A stretch of DNA of 64,000 nt from Laetmonice hystrix. Its lineage: Eukaryota. The notes under the pieces were generated by a model that did not search any database, had not been told where the DNA came from, and was given only the letters and a program-made list of their open reading frames with translations. The stretch is from contig OZ249441.1 in NCBI GenBank assembly GCA_965235115.1, positions 10,912,001-10,976,000 of the forward strand. Reading direction: 5' to 3'. The position numbers and the translations under genes are program-made. This document shows, in pieces, positions 50,929 through 64,000 of this stretch. Position 1 is the stretch's first letter. Each line of letters starts with the position of its first letter.

Positions 50929-53928
50929 CACAGATTCAGCTCCGACATCATTGCGGTTTTCCTTTGTGGTCTCAAACACTGTCTGACTCACTATACCATG
51001 GATATATAGGCGGACAAAGAGACTACAAAATGGGATCCACGCTCACACTATATATAGCATTCTTGTGGCTTGGCGCGTCTCATGACAAGCCCCAACACGC
51101 TCGTGGATCGGATATGTTTTTGACAATGATGGGTATATTTGTGACACGGTGACATATATAGAGTTTGTGCCTATACGTATAACGGCTTACGTCGTGATCG
51201 ACTCGTATCGTGGGTGTGTTACCTGATGATGATGGGGGCAAGGGCATGGAATGTTGTTAGTGTGGGTTCACGGAAGTGATATAACTCAAAGTACACTTAG
51301 GTCAACCTTCGGTAGACACAGCCGTCGGCTGATAGTCACTGGTGCGTGGGGTGGAGTGCATGGGGAGGCAAGGAGACAATTTGACAATCTAACTGACTAG
51401 TGAGTGAAAGCCTGGTGGCACAAGATTATCACCTGTACGCACAGGATGGGAAGGGGTTACCCCGGGCCGTTATTCTTCCCCCTGTCCGTGCCAGGAAATC
51501 CCAAGACGTTTTCAGACATATCGTTTCATTGCACTGCAAAATGACAAACCAAGTGTGTAATTTGGTGGAATACTAATAATAAAAATGTATGTTGCGATAA
51601 GGCCCTATAATTATAAAAGACCCAAAAAGCTAAACGTTCCTAAAATATGTGCCTGACTGGATAAAGGATGTAGGCCTATGGGTGTAGGCCTGTAGCTGAC
51701 TTGTTTATTAGCGTTTATACATAATTCATAATCAGTCTCCATTCCTTCTCTCCGGGTTCCTCCCAAATATAGGCCTATACATTCCCCAAACTGCAGACGT
51801 AAATGGTGTTGTCGGGTACACCCACTTAATTCATTCGGCGAGACACGCCCTTACATTCCTCTCGCCTGAGCTGTTGGTCACCCACTGTCCCTGTATACGT
51901 GACATCTGTCTGTAGTAGACGATGGTTGTATCATTTTGATCTATTGATATTGTTATCATTGATACATGTTCGAGGCTCACCCGAGATTTTCAAATTACAC
52001 GGTATATTGTCCCCATTACGTGTATTGGGGGGTTAAAACGTTCGTGACGATAACTATTTAGTTGTGCTCAAGATGGGGTTATAGGCCTACTGTTCTTCTT
52101 CGGACATGGAATACAAATACCTTACACATGTAGGCCTATGTGAGGATCTATCCATAACAACACACTCCGTAATCAATAATTACCTCGCCTAGTCCCCCAC
52201 GGAAGGATAAACTACGTTTGTGTTGAGTAAATGCGGGAATAAAGTCTCTGGGAGCAAAGGATAATCGATATGAAAATAACCATGCAGTCCCATATATTTA
52301 TGCTCCATGCTGTTGTGCTATATATTTCTCTATACATAGGCCTAGAGCTATATATAGATGTACAACATTGTAATGAAGGACGTTTTTCGACATGACGTAT
52401 AGATTAGGCTTACGTGAAACATCCAGGGCCATTTCCGGTTCCGTTCCGATGAACGCGACTTGCTCACGACGTCTGAGTCCTGATCATCACGACAAGTTGC
52501 TGTTTGCGAGTTGCGTTCGGTCGTTGAGTAGACAAGTGGCCCGTTTACAATGTTTCCGTTTCCCGGTTGCTCGTAGCTGATTGGACGGAAATCTACACTT
52601 GGACTAGCCTGGTCCCCTGCCTACCAGACGCATCCGCTTTAAAACCTTGTGTTCGCATGATCGGCTGTGTTTCTCGCTGTTGATAATGCAAGATACAGTG
52701 TTAGGATTTTAGATCAATAATACTGAGTAAGACGTACTCGGAATAATCGAATTGTCTATATAGAACAAGCTCATTAGGGATTCAACATGGCAGTATGCTA
52801 ATACAACACCACCTTGCGATGAACGAATGCCAGGCAGAAACTTGCCCAGACTCTCGCGAAGCAAGTGAGTCTGGTGACAGAGACTGATATATGTCTGTGC
52901 CTATATATCCCGACATGCATGATTTAAATGCTCACGCATGAATTAGCGGCCCCACGAAAACTATAAGCTTGCGATAGGAAGAGTTCGGTCTATTCTTGGA
53001 CTAGGCCTAATCTTTATTATTCAACTCTCGCCCATAGTTTAAACATTGAGAGTCTATATGGTTTGAAGGCCATTTAAACCACCTACACGCGACAGGTTGC
53101 CTGAAGCGAGTAACTTTTCCCAGCCTTTTGTTTTTTTTTATCATTCTCCTTCGAGCTGTAACCTGTGTGCCGTTGGGCGATGGTCGACCCTGAGGGTGTT
53201 GACCAGTATATCCGGTTATCTCCGGTTTAGGGTGACCAGTAAAACCTTATTGATGGAATCACTGAGAAACCACTGGAATGTTGTGAGAGTCACACTATCA
53301 ATTCTTTGTTTGTTTGTTCCTTGATCTTTGTACATATATAATGAATGGACTGTTCTTATCGTCATGAATTCCCACGACTACCTTAACTTCCTCAGCCAGC
53401 TGCATATCTCAGAAAACAGGCTTCTGTTTCCTTCCAATTGGCATGACTTAATCGGCGGCCACTAATGGCTTTCTCAGGGATGTATGATATAAAGTGGGTA
53501 TCTGTTGGAGGGATATATTATAAGACATATAAATACAGTGTCACTGAGACATGTGTCATCACAGAGAATACTTCAAATATTGGAAACTTAAACAAAACAT
53601 CGTCTTCCCGGACCTCGATGAACCTCCCCTATTGACGAAGGATTGGGAAATATAACGTATTTCACACGTTTTTAAGACGTGTTTTGTGCGTTTAAACATG
53701 TCACCTGTATCTGAAACTATACCAAACAAAGGATTACTTAAAGTGTCCATTGGTCTCAGTCCGAATTAGACCAGCTGATCCCGTTTGATAAACAGATTAG
53801 TGCCGTATTGGAGTGAGATAAAGGTAATAGCTTGGAGTTTACAGCACCTTCCCAGGAACAGCTGAGTGTAAGAATCTGGTGTATAGAAGATCGATAATTA
53901 ACGTTAGACATTAATGACTGTTGTTGTA

Positions 53929-53996
53929 TTGGCTAACGTCACTAAAGAATTGGCTAACGTCACTAAAGAATTGGCTAACGTCACTAAAGAATTGGC
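53929..53996. repeat. 21-bp tandem repeat x3
   Basis: TTGGCTAACGTCACTAAAGAA. Confidence 0.95.
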
Positions 53997-55985
53997 GTAC
54001 ACTTTATAGAGTCACAGTATTAAAATAAACAGAGTCGTTGAACCCTCTAAATTGTTCTTCTAATTATAGGAGCCGATCAGAGTGCGTGGGTGGGGGTTAA
54101 TAACTGGCCCTATCTCACTCACAATGTACTAGTGACCCCAGGTGATGGTGGCACAATATATATTAATGTCTAATATAGGAATTATATCCATGGTTGTGTT
54201 TCTGTAGCGATGTAGAAAATGGGGCATCTCGCTTATATCTGCCGACATGCAACGTATATTTCTTGAAAAACCATGAATATCCAAGTCGATTCTCATGGCC
54301 CCTTCGTACACCTTGTACTATATAGAAATACCTGTGAAACAATGGCCCGACATACATTTCAATAACAAGGCTGATACTGGGAAAGTCGATTATCTTGAAT
54401 TAACTCGGGGTTGATTCTGTACGTGGTCTCGCTATTAGTCATGCTCACCGTGGACCATGCCCTTTGTGACTGGTCACTCTTCATACCGTCCAAGGTGCAC
54501 CACCCTTTCCCATTTTTCAACATACCATAATAAAAGGTCACAATTAAAGATAGTGAACTGTCCGATTGAAGGTCATCACCTGCAGTATAGGTACTTCACC
54601 TGTAGGCCTATTTATAGGAATGAAGTGTTGGCAAAGAACGTATGAATTCAGTTATGGTGTTTGTGAAATTAATTAACATTATCATTTATAAAATAAGAAT
54701 ACTGTATCTGTTACTGTATCTCATATACTCATGGTAGATCTATGTCTTTTCCCCAACAGGTCTTCCATAGTAACGTGGTTTTACTGTTACAACCTCGCTG
54801 AAATATTTATGACAGCTGGGAAATTCCGTGAACGTAGGCTTATATAACATATCAGGAAGCTTATATCGCATCCTTTTTACACCCCCCCCCCCCCCCAGCG
54901 AACTCGAACCTAAGAACACATTTAGTAATCACAAAATATGAGAGAGTAGGAATAGTATACAATGGATTACGAGCATTAAGTGATGACGTCACTGACCAAG
55001 TGGGTCGTTGTCCTGGATGTGTTCTGGCCTGTTGGTGATGGTAGTCGTTGAGACAGAGCGGTACTAAGGTCAGAGGCGGCATGAGGACAGACTAGTTATG
55101 ACCACCACTGAGAGAGGAGACACGTGCCAGAGTGTGACCTACGGCGTCAGGGAGTAGATCAAACGGTTAACGGGACGACGGTCACGTACGCCGACGGTAT
55201 ACTGCTAGATACATTGACTGCCACTCGAGACACTTGGTGTCAGTAGAGTAGAATAAAATATAGAGCAAGATATGGAGAGAAACATCAGGATATTTACCCG
55301 TAGCTCAACAAAGTCTTAATAAATTATTTCATCAGATAAAAAAACCTAATCTGATTCGCGAATCTTAAGGCTAGAATTCGTGATTTTATCATTGAATTGC
55401 AGGTTGGTGGAAACGGGTGGAATCGCTGCAAGATTGCATTTCATCGTGTCATTAGCGACTTACAAATTACTCTACCTCCATGTTGTTATGGCAACCTGTG
55501 ATTTATAGTGAACTGGTATAACTGTGCTGCAGTCATATTATATAACACTGAATCAGCCCTGTAAATAGTGTATAGATACGAGGCCGAGCTCGTCAGACAG
55601 GAGAACATGTTTGCCGCGGTATATTACACTTCTCGGCGCGATGTTGGCCCAGCATGTCGACACATGTAGGGAGGGCTATGTTATATTTGTAATAGACATG
55701 TTTATGATTGAACATTTTACATGTCCATAGAGATACTGGCTGTTTCAATTATGTTGTCATCTTGCTTGTTCTTTACTCATTTAACTAATAGTCCTGCTCT
55801 ATACTATAGAGGCAGATATATGGGATCGGCCAATATAGGTTAATTAATGTAGTACACAAATTATAACACATGCATATCTACATTTCTGTGTACTATAGGC
55901 TATAAGAGAAGGAGGCAGGCCTACATGTAAGCGCAACCTGTGGGGTAACCTGAATTGGACATTTATTTAGGAAAGGTTGCCCCTA

Positions 55986-56153
55986 TACTCTCTCTCTCTG
56001 CCTCTGTCCCTGTCTATCTCTGCCTCTCTCTTTGTCTCTCTGTCTTTCTCTGTCTCTGGTTGTCTCTCTGTCTCCGGGTTTCTCTCTGTCTCTGCCTCTC
56101 TCTTTGTCTCTCTTTCTCTGTCTCTGGTTGTCTCTCTGTCTCTCTCCCTCTCT
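55986..56153. repeat. (TC)n/(TCTG)n compound microsatellite
   Basis: Direct reading. Confidence 0.9.
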
Positions 56154-59100
56154 GCGTACATAATCTTTACGATATGGCCTTGCATTTTGGCGTATAGTCT
56201 GGTAACAAAATGACGGACAAAGTCGTTTTTTTAATTCCTAATGGGGGGGGGGGGGGTGCAGTCGACGCATAACTTTATACCATTGATTCACCATGCAGGC
56301 ATCAAACTAAGCCTTCCATCTGGGCGGTCAAAGTGCAGGTCTATAGCAACGATGAGTGACAACAAAAACAAAGGCTATTCAAACTATCTGTGTGTATAAA
56401 TCATTTAACAAACTATAAGAGGCCTATACCATGCCAGACACAGAGCTCCGAGGGACATCGATGGATTCTAGAAGACCCATGCAAAAGAGTCGGAAAGTTC
56501 TGGGGGCTCTTGCAAAAGGGCCCTGTGGTGCACCTGTATGGAGGGAACGTCATAAAGTCTCCCTGCAGAGCTTCTGTCGGAGGGTTTGGTCGACTTTCAT
56601 CACGCCGGATTCTATCCCCTTGTGACCGATGCGATTAGTTAGAACAATGATCGCTCCATTACCACCTGTCATTGTTTATGACCAACTCTATAGTTCATTC
56701 GTTTGTCATTGAGCTCCCAACTCGAACCAAGTAAATCCCAATAGGGATGCTGACCACTTCGCTGGACCCCTGGTCAAGTCAGCGGGGACTGGAAGCATGA
56801 AAAGGGAACAAATTGCAGGCCTTTATAGCGGGATGGTATTGTGTATAGTTGTTTGATGAGGCGGGAACGTGGCGGGAGGCTGGGACCATAAGGCGCGACC
56901 TCCTGGTATATCGTCGCTTCTATATGATAACATCGGACAACCTGCTGACCTGAACGGTCCACACACCTGCCCTTATTACTAGCAATGTGAGCGCGGCCTT
57001 ACCTTTGGAAGGATTACGGCTAGGATTATGACCGGCCGCTGGGGAATTGCTTATAAAGGGTCGAACATCAAAGGTAACTGGCTATTGTTCCAGCTCGAGA
57101 GAAGAATTACGAAAATAACCGCTTTGTTCTGGGAAGACATGCATCTATATAGATGCTCATCTCATATCTGTATCCATATCCGCATCTGTATTGTATGCTT
57201 ATAGTATACAAGTATAGATGCATACACGTACCGATGGATGGATGGATTGGTTAGTGCATAGAGTCAATATAGACTCTATGGTTAGTGTAGGCCAACATGT
57301 GTGTATTATTGCGTATATGTAGGTTATTCTATATCTGTTGCTGTACATATTTGCAGTATGAATACAACAGTATATGTTTCTCTGATTGCGTATAGATGCG
57401 TCCATGGGTGCGACCAATAAGTTTTTTACTACAGTATTCTGATATATGACATCTGTTGATGACCTTTCCATTAAGGTGTCGTTTCATATCTGTAGGCCTT
57501 TCCCCCCAACATGACGGCTTCATGTTTATCCTTGTACACTGTGGTCGAATCTATAACCACAACATGGCCAAGCGCCCACAGACTGGGCCAAGATCGTCAT
57601 CCGTAGATTATACGGTCGGACATGTTTAGGATAGGGCTTACGAACTGTTTCATAAAATGTTTATCATACAAGCTGAGGGTTGTTATATTTCTGCATGAAA
57701 GCGAGATTGACCGCAAGCCCCAGGTGTGAAACACTTGGCCACTGTCCTAATTGGAGTAGAGGTATTGTGTATGTGTTATGGCGTTTTACAATGTGGACAC
57801 CTGGACCTCTGAATAAAACGGATTGTTGTGAGTCGTTCTAAGTTAACTGACCATTCTCAAGACGATTCTTAAGCTAAGTATAGGCTACTTTTCATATCGA
57901 TCCCATCATCCGTTTCCCCACCCTTCTTCCCATTGTATTTTTCTGTAGGCCAACGTTATCTGAAATGAACTGAACTTTTCGTAGTCAATTGCAAGTAAGA
58001 TGAGTTTTGGTTGTTTGAAAAATAATTGGGTCACGAGTTTAATTTGGCTGACATTTAAATGAATTAGATATAGAGTTGACTTCAGTAAGTGCTGGATGCA
58101 GCAGGTCATGCGGGACGACCCGTATGTTACATCACTCGACAGACCACTCAGCCGGTAACTGAGGTTAATTCTTTGACCATATATAGTCAATAGTTCATCC
58201 CTAGGCAAGGCTTACGGCCCTTTGTAGTCAAGCCGGTCGATGATGGGCGGGCTTTGAAGACAGAACTCAGAGGGCATTAGTTTACACAACCGTGATGATG
58301 GGGGACTTATTACTGTTGACGATTTCAGTACAATGTTTTCTTATTAAATGGAGCGCACAGAGCGAGTCTGTGTTATGTAAAGTGTCCATGCGCGGAAGGT
58401 TAGAGAAAATGGTTATCTTGAGGACTCCCCGCAAGCCCTCTCATTAAGTGGGCGTGTTTTCTGGCGGCTAAACTTTCATGCATCTTTTCCAGTTCCACCT
58501 GTTCAGATATTCTGAGTCTTGTTCATTATAGTTCAAAGTTAATAACGATAGGGATAAACAGCTGTATATGTCCTATATAGACATGGATTCAAATCGGTAT
58601 AACCATACAACAAACCGGACTGACCATAAAATAGACTGGAGGCCTATACTCCCATTCACCCAGAAAATTACTATAACATTTAACAGTCGATGGAACGATA
58701 GGGTAAAACTGGTTGCTTTCACTTTAAGTTTGAGAATACGTGTGTCACACTATACAAAGTGGAAGAGAGATCGGTCATTGAGCTAATAATTGACCTAGCT
58801 CCCACATCTATATTAACAGTATCCTATACAGGCCAAGGGTGCCTGTGGTGGAGGCACCGTTAGATGAAGTGTCAATATACAATGTATAACAGAAAGTGTA
58901 TCTATAGGCCCTACAGTCGGCGACACACCTTCCTGGTCAAGGCGTTTCGTCACCATGGCAACGAATGATTTTTTATTGCCATATTTGCAAAACACTCGTT
59001 GATAGTTCACACTGGGAGTAAAGTCTAACACCCGCCGCGTGTAGGGAGCAGACGGCTAGCACCCTGCCCACATCATCAAAGGAACATTTTCTTTGAACTC

Positions 59101-60009
59101 CACTTTCATGTCCTCATCCCGCTTAAAGCGGCGGTCGGCAGGTCATCAGGCTGACAATGAAGCCTGTATATAAGAACATAATACGCTCAATGTGCTTAGC
59201 CTGTCAATTGGATTCACGTCTGCGCCAAAGGCCACTTGCCCGGATTGCAGGAAATTAAGTGACATTAGAGGGGAATCGACTCCAATTTCAATGTAGCGAA
59301 AAATGTTTGCACAGGAATTTTCAGCCTGGATGCTCGCGCCCATAGTTACGGTGGGGTAGTTGAGCGGGAACATGAAAGGCCGTCTGCTTATCACAAACCG
59401 GAGCGTTTGGAAGATACGGGTAGAGACAAAAACTGAGGTTAATGAGTTGTTTTGGTGTTTGTGGGTGAGGCTGGAGGCTGTAAATGATGCATGCAGGCGT
59501 TTATCTGGCAAGGGTTCTCTCTGTGATCAGTTATACATGGGCCTTCAGACCATCTGTCGACCTCCTCCAGGGATTAAAATAGACAACCTTTTCATTCAAA
59601 GTCATGATTATCATAGAATACCAATATGTTATTACACGAACTATTAATAGCAACGCCACATGGGCACAATGTCATCAACAATCACATACAATACCACAAT
59701 GTTTAGACTCGCCTCACCAGCCATTATTGATTACATAACCACTGCATTCAGCCGTATACACCACAACGACATGTCGTTATAATATCCATGTGCTGATTGC
59801 CGAATTAATAGACCTTCAGACCGCAATACCAATATGTCCTATGTCCCACCCATGGCCGTTTTGGGTGCGATGTGAGGGGTGGGTGCTTCACCCCTCATAG
59901 GTTAAAGGTCACCTTGGCGTGTGGACAGTGAACTTACACATCCCTGTCGTCTATCATGGTCATCCCGCACGAGAGGTCAAAATGGCGGACTCCGGACATT
60001 ATCTTCATG

Positions 60010-61350
60010 ACCCCATGCATGTAACTCTGTACAACACCATACACAGTATGTAACCCCATGTATAACTCTTTACAACACCACACCCAGTAGATATAGAATG
60101 TTACCCCATGTATAACTCTTTACAACACCACACACAGTAGATATAGAATGTAACCCCATGTATAACTCTTTACAACACTATACACACAGTAGATATAGAA
60201 TGTAACCCCATGTATAACTCTTTACAACACTATACACACAGTAGATATAGAATGTAACCCCATGTATGTAACTCTTTACAACACCACACCCAGTAGATAT
60301 AGAATGTAACCCCATGTATAACTCAACACCACACACAGTAGATATAGAATGTAACCCCATGTATAACTCTTTACAACACCACACACAGTAGATATAGAAT
60401 GTAACCCCATGTATAACTCTTTACAACACCACACACAGTAGATATAGAATGTAACCCCATGTATAACTCTTTACAACACCACACACAGTAGATATAGAAT
60501 GTTACCCCATGTATAACTCTTTACAACACCACACCCAGTAGATATAGAATGTAACCCCATGTATAACTCTTTACAACACCACACACAGTAGATATAGAAT
60601 GTAACCCCATGTATAACTCTTTACAACACTATACACACAGTAGATATAGAATGTAACCCCATGTATAACTCTTTACAACACCACACACAGTAGATATAGA
60701 ATGTAACCCCATGTATGTAACTCTTTACAACACCACACACAGTAGATATAGAATGTAACCCCATGTATAACTCTTTACAACACCACACACAGTAGATATA
60801 GAATGTAACCCCATGTATAACTCTTTACAACACCACACACAGTAGATATAGAATGTAACCCCATGTATAACTCACTATACACACAGTAGATATAGAATGT
60901 TACCCCATGTATAACTCTTTACAACACCACACACAGTAGATATAGAATGTAACCCCATGTATAACTCTTTACAACACCACACACAGTAGATATAGAATGT
61001 TACCCCATGTATAACTCTTTACAACACCACACACAGTAGATATAGAATGTTACCCCATGTATAACTCTTTACAACACCACACACAGTAGATATAGAATGT
61101 AACCCCATGTATAACTCTTTACAACACCACACACAGTAGATATAGAATGTTACCCCATGTATAACTCTTTACAACACCACACACAGTAGATATAGAATGT
61201 TACCCCATGTATAACTCTTTACAACACCACACACAGTAGATATAGAATGTTACCCCATGTATAACTCTTTACAACACCACACACAGTAGATATAGAATGT
61301 TACCCCATGTATAACTCTTTACAACACCACACACAGTAGATATAGAATGT
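60010..61350. repeat. 50-bp satellite, about 26 units
   Basis: Unit TAACCCCATGTATAACTCTTTACAACACCACACACAGTAGATATAGAATG. Confidence 0.97.
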
Positions 61351-61743
61351 TGTGTCTAATTATTCAATGGACGACCAAGCTTGAAAATTCTCCTAAAATA
61401 TGTATTTTTCAATTAAGATGTAATAAAAGAAATGTTATTTCGAAGTGGTCATTATATTCCCAAAGAATATAGGCTAAACAGGCGTTATGCCATTATAGAA
61501 GCTAGGTCTATCGGTGCAGATGAAGGCCTGATGTCACTAATAGTATGTTATTGTAATGTTCTGCGCTAACCATGTTAAGTGACATCAAGGGTGGGTGGTG
61601 CCACCCCGCTCTGCCGCTGTCTACAACCGGTGACATCACCAACCAACCAATGTATGTCGGCTGGCTGGCTGGCTGGCCGGCCGGCCGGCTGGCTATAGCT
61701 GGCCGACAGGACAGACGGATGGCTCACCGGCTGGCCCACTGGC

Positions 61744-61763
61744 TGGCATGTCGTGGCATGTCC
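61744..61763. promoter_or_regulatory. p53-family response element-like site 2.15 kb upstream of the CKI ATG
   Basis: TGGCATGTCG TGGCATGTCC: both cores CATG, zero spacer, 17/20 consensus match. Confidence 0.35.
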
Positions 61764-63628
61764 TCATGCCACTGAATGGTTCCCAGTATTATTGTTTCTC
61801 ACTGACCGCCCACTGAGGGGCCGGGGAGGGGGTGGAGCCGAGAGAGGTTGCCGTCTATGGTTGTGTGAGACTCGGCGATCACGGCTGCTGCACCGTGTGG
61901 GAGGGTGTGGTGGGCAGTTGTCATTTTTTGCTCTACTTATGGTGCAATGATATATAATTATGATGGAATTATAGTCCGTATATTACGGTGGCAGGCCGAC
62001 CGACCAGCATATAGTGCTATCACTGGGGGATGGTGACAGGCTGCCGTTATAATCCGTATCCATTTCTTGGCAACCTGTCACCAGATAATTAGGATTATTA
62101 ACGTTTGGATTATAGCCCTGGCTATCACAGCTTGGTTGTTTTGAGTAGCCAAATTTAATTGCTTGAATCCTATCATATACTTATCCGACACAAACTCAAC
62201 AAAACTACTAAAATATGTCTGCCGGCTTCATCCTCGAAACTATAGTGTGTGTGAAAGTGTGTGAAACCTATTAAATCCCTAACAACTTTATCCTTTAGTT
62301 TCTACTGCTCGTATAGGACCTGCTTAATTGCTTTATTTGACTTATGATTTTATAATTTATACCTTTCTTTTTTTGATCTTGAAAAAGTACTCTCAAACGT
62401 TGCAGAAGCAGAATTAGACATATGTATCAGGTGCGAAATAATACAGCCGTAAATAACTACAGTAATAGTCACATAACTGTTAATATATGTCTCTTAATAT
62501 AGACCTATATTATGACATAATATACCAGTATATGCCTACAATGTGTAGAGTCTATCGGAAAGGGGGGGGGGGGGGGTCACATCTCCATGGTCGCCACCAG
62601 TAAATTTTTTTTAGACACACAAATCATAAAATATATCGGTTGTGTGAACAGCGTTGATAGACGTAGGCTATATAGGCTACAATTAGAAAAAAACCCGTCC
62701 TTGCCCTATACTTCTCTAGGTACACAGGAGGGAGCGTGCCGTATCTGGGCTCAGGTCGCTTGTCTTAGTGATCTATCGATTCATGGTTCATGTAGGCCTC
62801 GCCGACCGAGGACCTACGTCAGCTCGTGCAGGTGGTCGGTCGGCCGACCACCGGGACTGACCGTGGGAGTCTCGGGGCGCGTTCAAGGCCACAGTGACGG
62901 TCGTGTATCCCAGTCGGCACGTGGGGACGGGACGGGCCGGGCCAGACTCCCGGGTCAACACAACGACAGGCACCGACACGTTTGGTAGTCCCGTGATGGA
63001 ATGTCACCGTCGCTTCACCAGGCCGATAGGATCATGGCGTCACCTGTATTAAACAATTTACATGTATGATATGATGCATGCCATAGGCCTATCTGATATC
63101 AGTGGGGGTTTTAAGGAGGGCGGGGGTGGGGGGTGTTATACGAAGTATTTTTTTTGCTAAATGTTTAGGCTAACATTACCTTGACCACCCAAAAGTTTAG
63201 GCTAACATTATAGGCCTACCTTGACCACCCAAAAGTTTAGGCTAACATTATACCTAGGCTATTATAACATTGTGTCTCTAAGTTCGTCTCTAAACGGTCC
63301 AAATGTCTGGATATATTTCATATTGAGGTCCTCATTGAGTCTAAATGCCTATACTGCTATTGTTAATTGATTACTAAGTTGGGCTTGCCAATGCCCACTG
63401 ATGAAGGCCTAGGCCTATGTAGGCCTCTATATCAGAGGCTTCCCATAAATGCGTTACCTAAGCCTAGGCCCCCCTCTGTCATAGCCGTGGCTGAATGATA
63501 AAGTCGGGGCTGATGCACTCAGTCACATGAATCAACTCGCTAGGGTTTGAGCGGGGGAACTCCGTACAACAGGCGGTTGTGTTGTGGTGGGACGCCAACC
63601 ATGTGTCTCAACAGGTGCGCGCGGGCGA

Positions 63629-63850
63629 ATTTGCATTCCGCGCCACGACCTGCCCCAAACACTCTCATTGGTCAATCTTTGAGAGCACTGGCCGCCGCTC
63701 CCCACCAGCTCCACCAATCAGCGAGCAGAACCTTGACACGGTACGCGCGCTCTCAGTCCACGACTCTGATTGGCTATTCAAGATACGCGCAGTAGTGGGC
63801 AGGGTGGGTTCGGGTATAAATATTCCGCCCCGGGTTGACTGAACCAACAC
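63629..63850 (+). promoter_or_regulatory. Core promoter of the CKI gene
   Basis: Octamer ATTTGCAT (63629), three CCAAT boxes (63667 reverse, 63714, 63769 reverse) and TATAAA (63815-20), about 100 nt upstream of an ATG in CAAGATG context. Confidence 0.65.
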
Positions 63851-63915
63851 TTGCGAACTGCAGTACTACAACAACATTCGGAATACCTACCACAACACTG
63901 TCAAATCGTACCAAG

Positions 63916-64000
63916 ATGCTCGGTGAGTTGAACACGGCTATGTACAGACCAAGCAGGCGTTCTACCCTGCCTAAGAGCAGCAAGGTCCGGCGGTGCCTGT
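63916..64000 (+). CDS. Probable Cip/Kip cyclin-dependent kinase inhibitor (p21/p27-like), N-terminus only
   Basis: MLGELNTAMYRPSRRSTLPKSSKVRRCL followed by a T (compatible with Phe). VRRCL(F) fits the cyclin-binding RxLFG motif that opens the Cip/Kip inhibitory domain. Only 28 codons are visible. Confidence 0.6.
   Translation, partial: MLGELNTAMYRPSRRSTLPKSSKVRRCL

Overview
Eukaryotic (invertebrate metazoan, probably lophotrochozoan or mollusc-like; inferred from gene content and SINE tails) genomic window with spliced genes, reconstructed by hand from splice sites and reading frame. 1-17.5 kb is a compact block of two head-to-head gene pairs: MPC1 (-, 3' end outside the window; needs a 4-nt and a 16-nt microexon) with CSTF2 (+, 12 exons, 591 aa), and TMEM35/NACHO (-, 3 exons, 153 aa) with LANCL3 (+, 4 exons, 419 aa). 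25.1-31.7 kb holds a 10-exon, 401-aa orphan seven-transmembrane protein; two of its 3' splice junctions have been tandemly amplified into minisatellites. 32-63.9 kb has no recognisable coding exons. It contains a nested transposon stack (Academ-like shell holding a SINE-in-SINE, an L1/Tx1 fragment and two MITEs), 42-bp and 50-bp satellites, an assembly gap, CTCF-like and p53-like motifs. It ends at the TATA/CCAAT promoter and first 28 codons of a probable Cip/Kip CDK inhibitor. The palindrome TAGGCCTA is about 30-fold enriched, and two tandem repeats show it arising by TA-to-TAGGCCTA insertion. No database searches were run; family names rest on recognised protein motifs.
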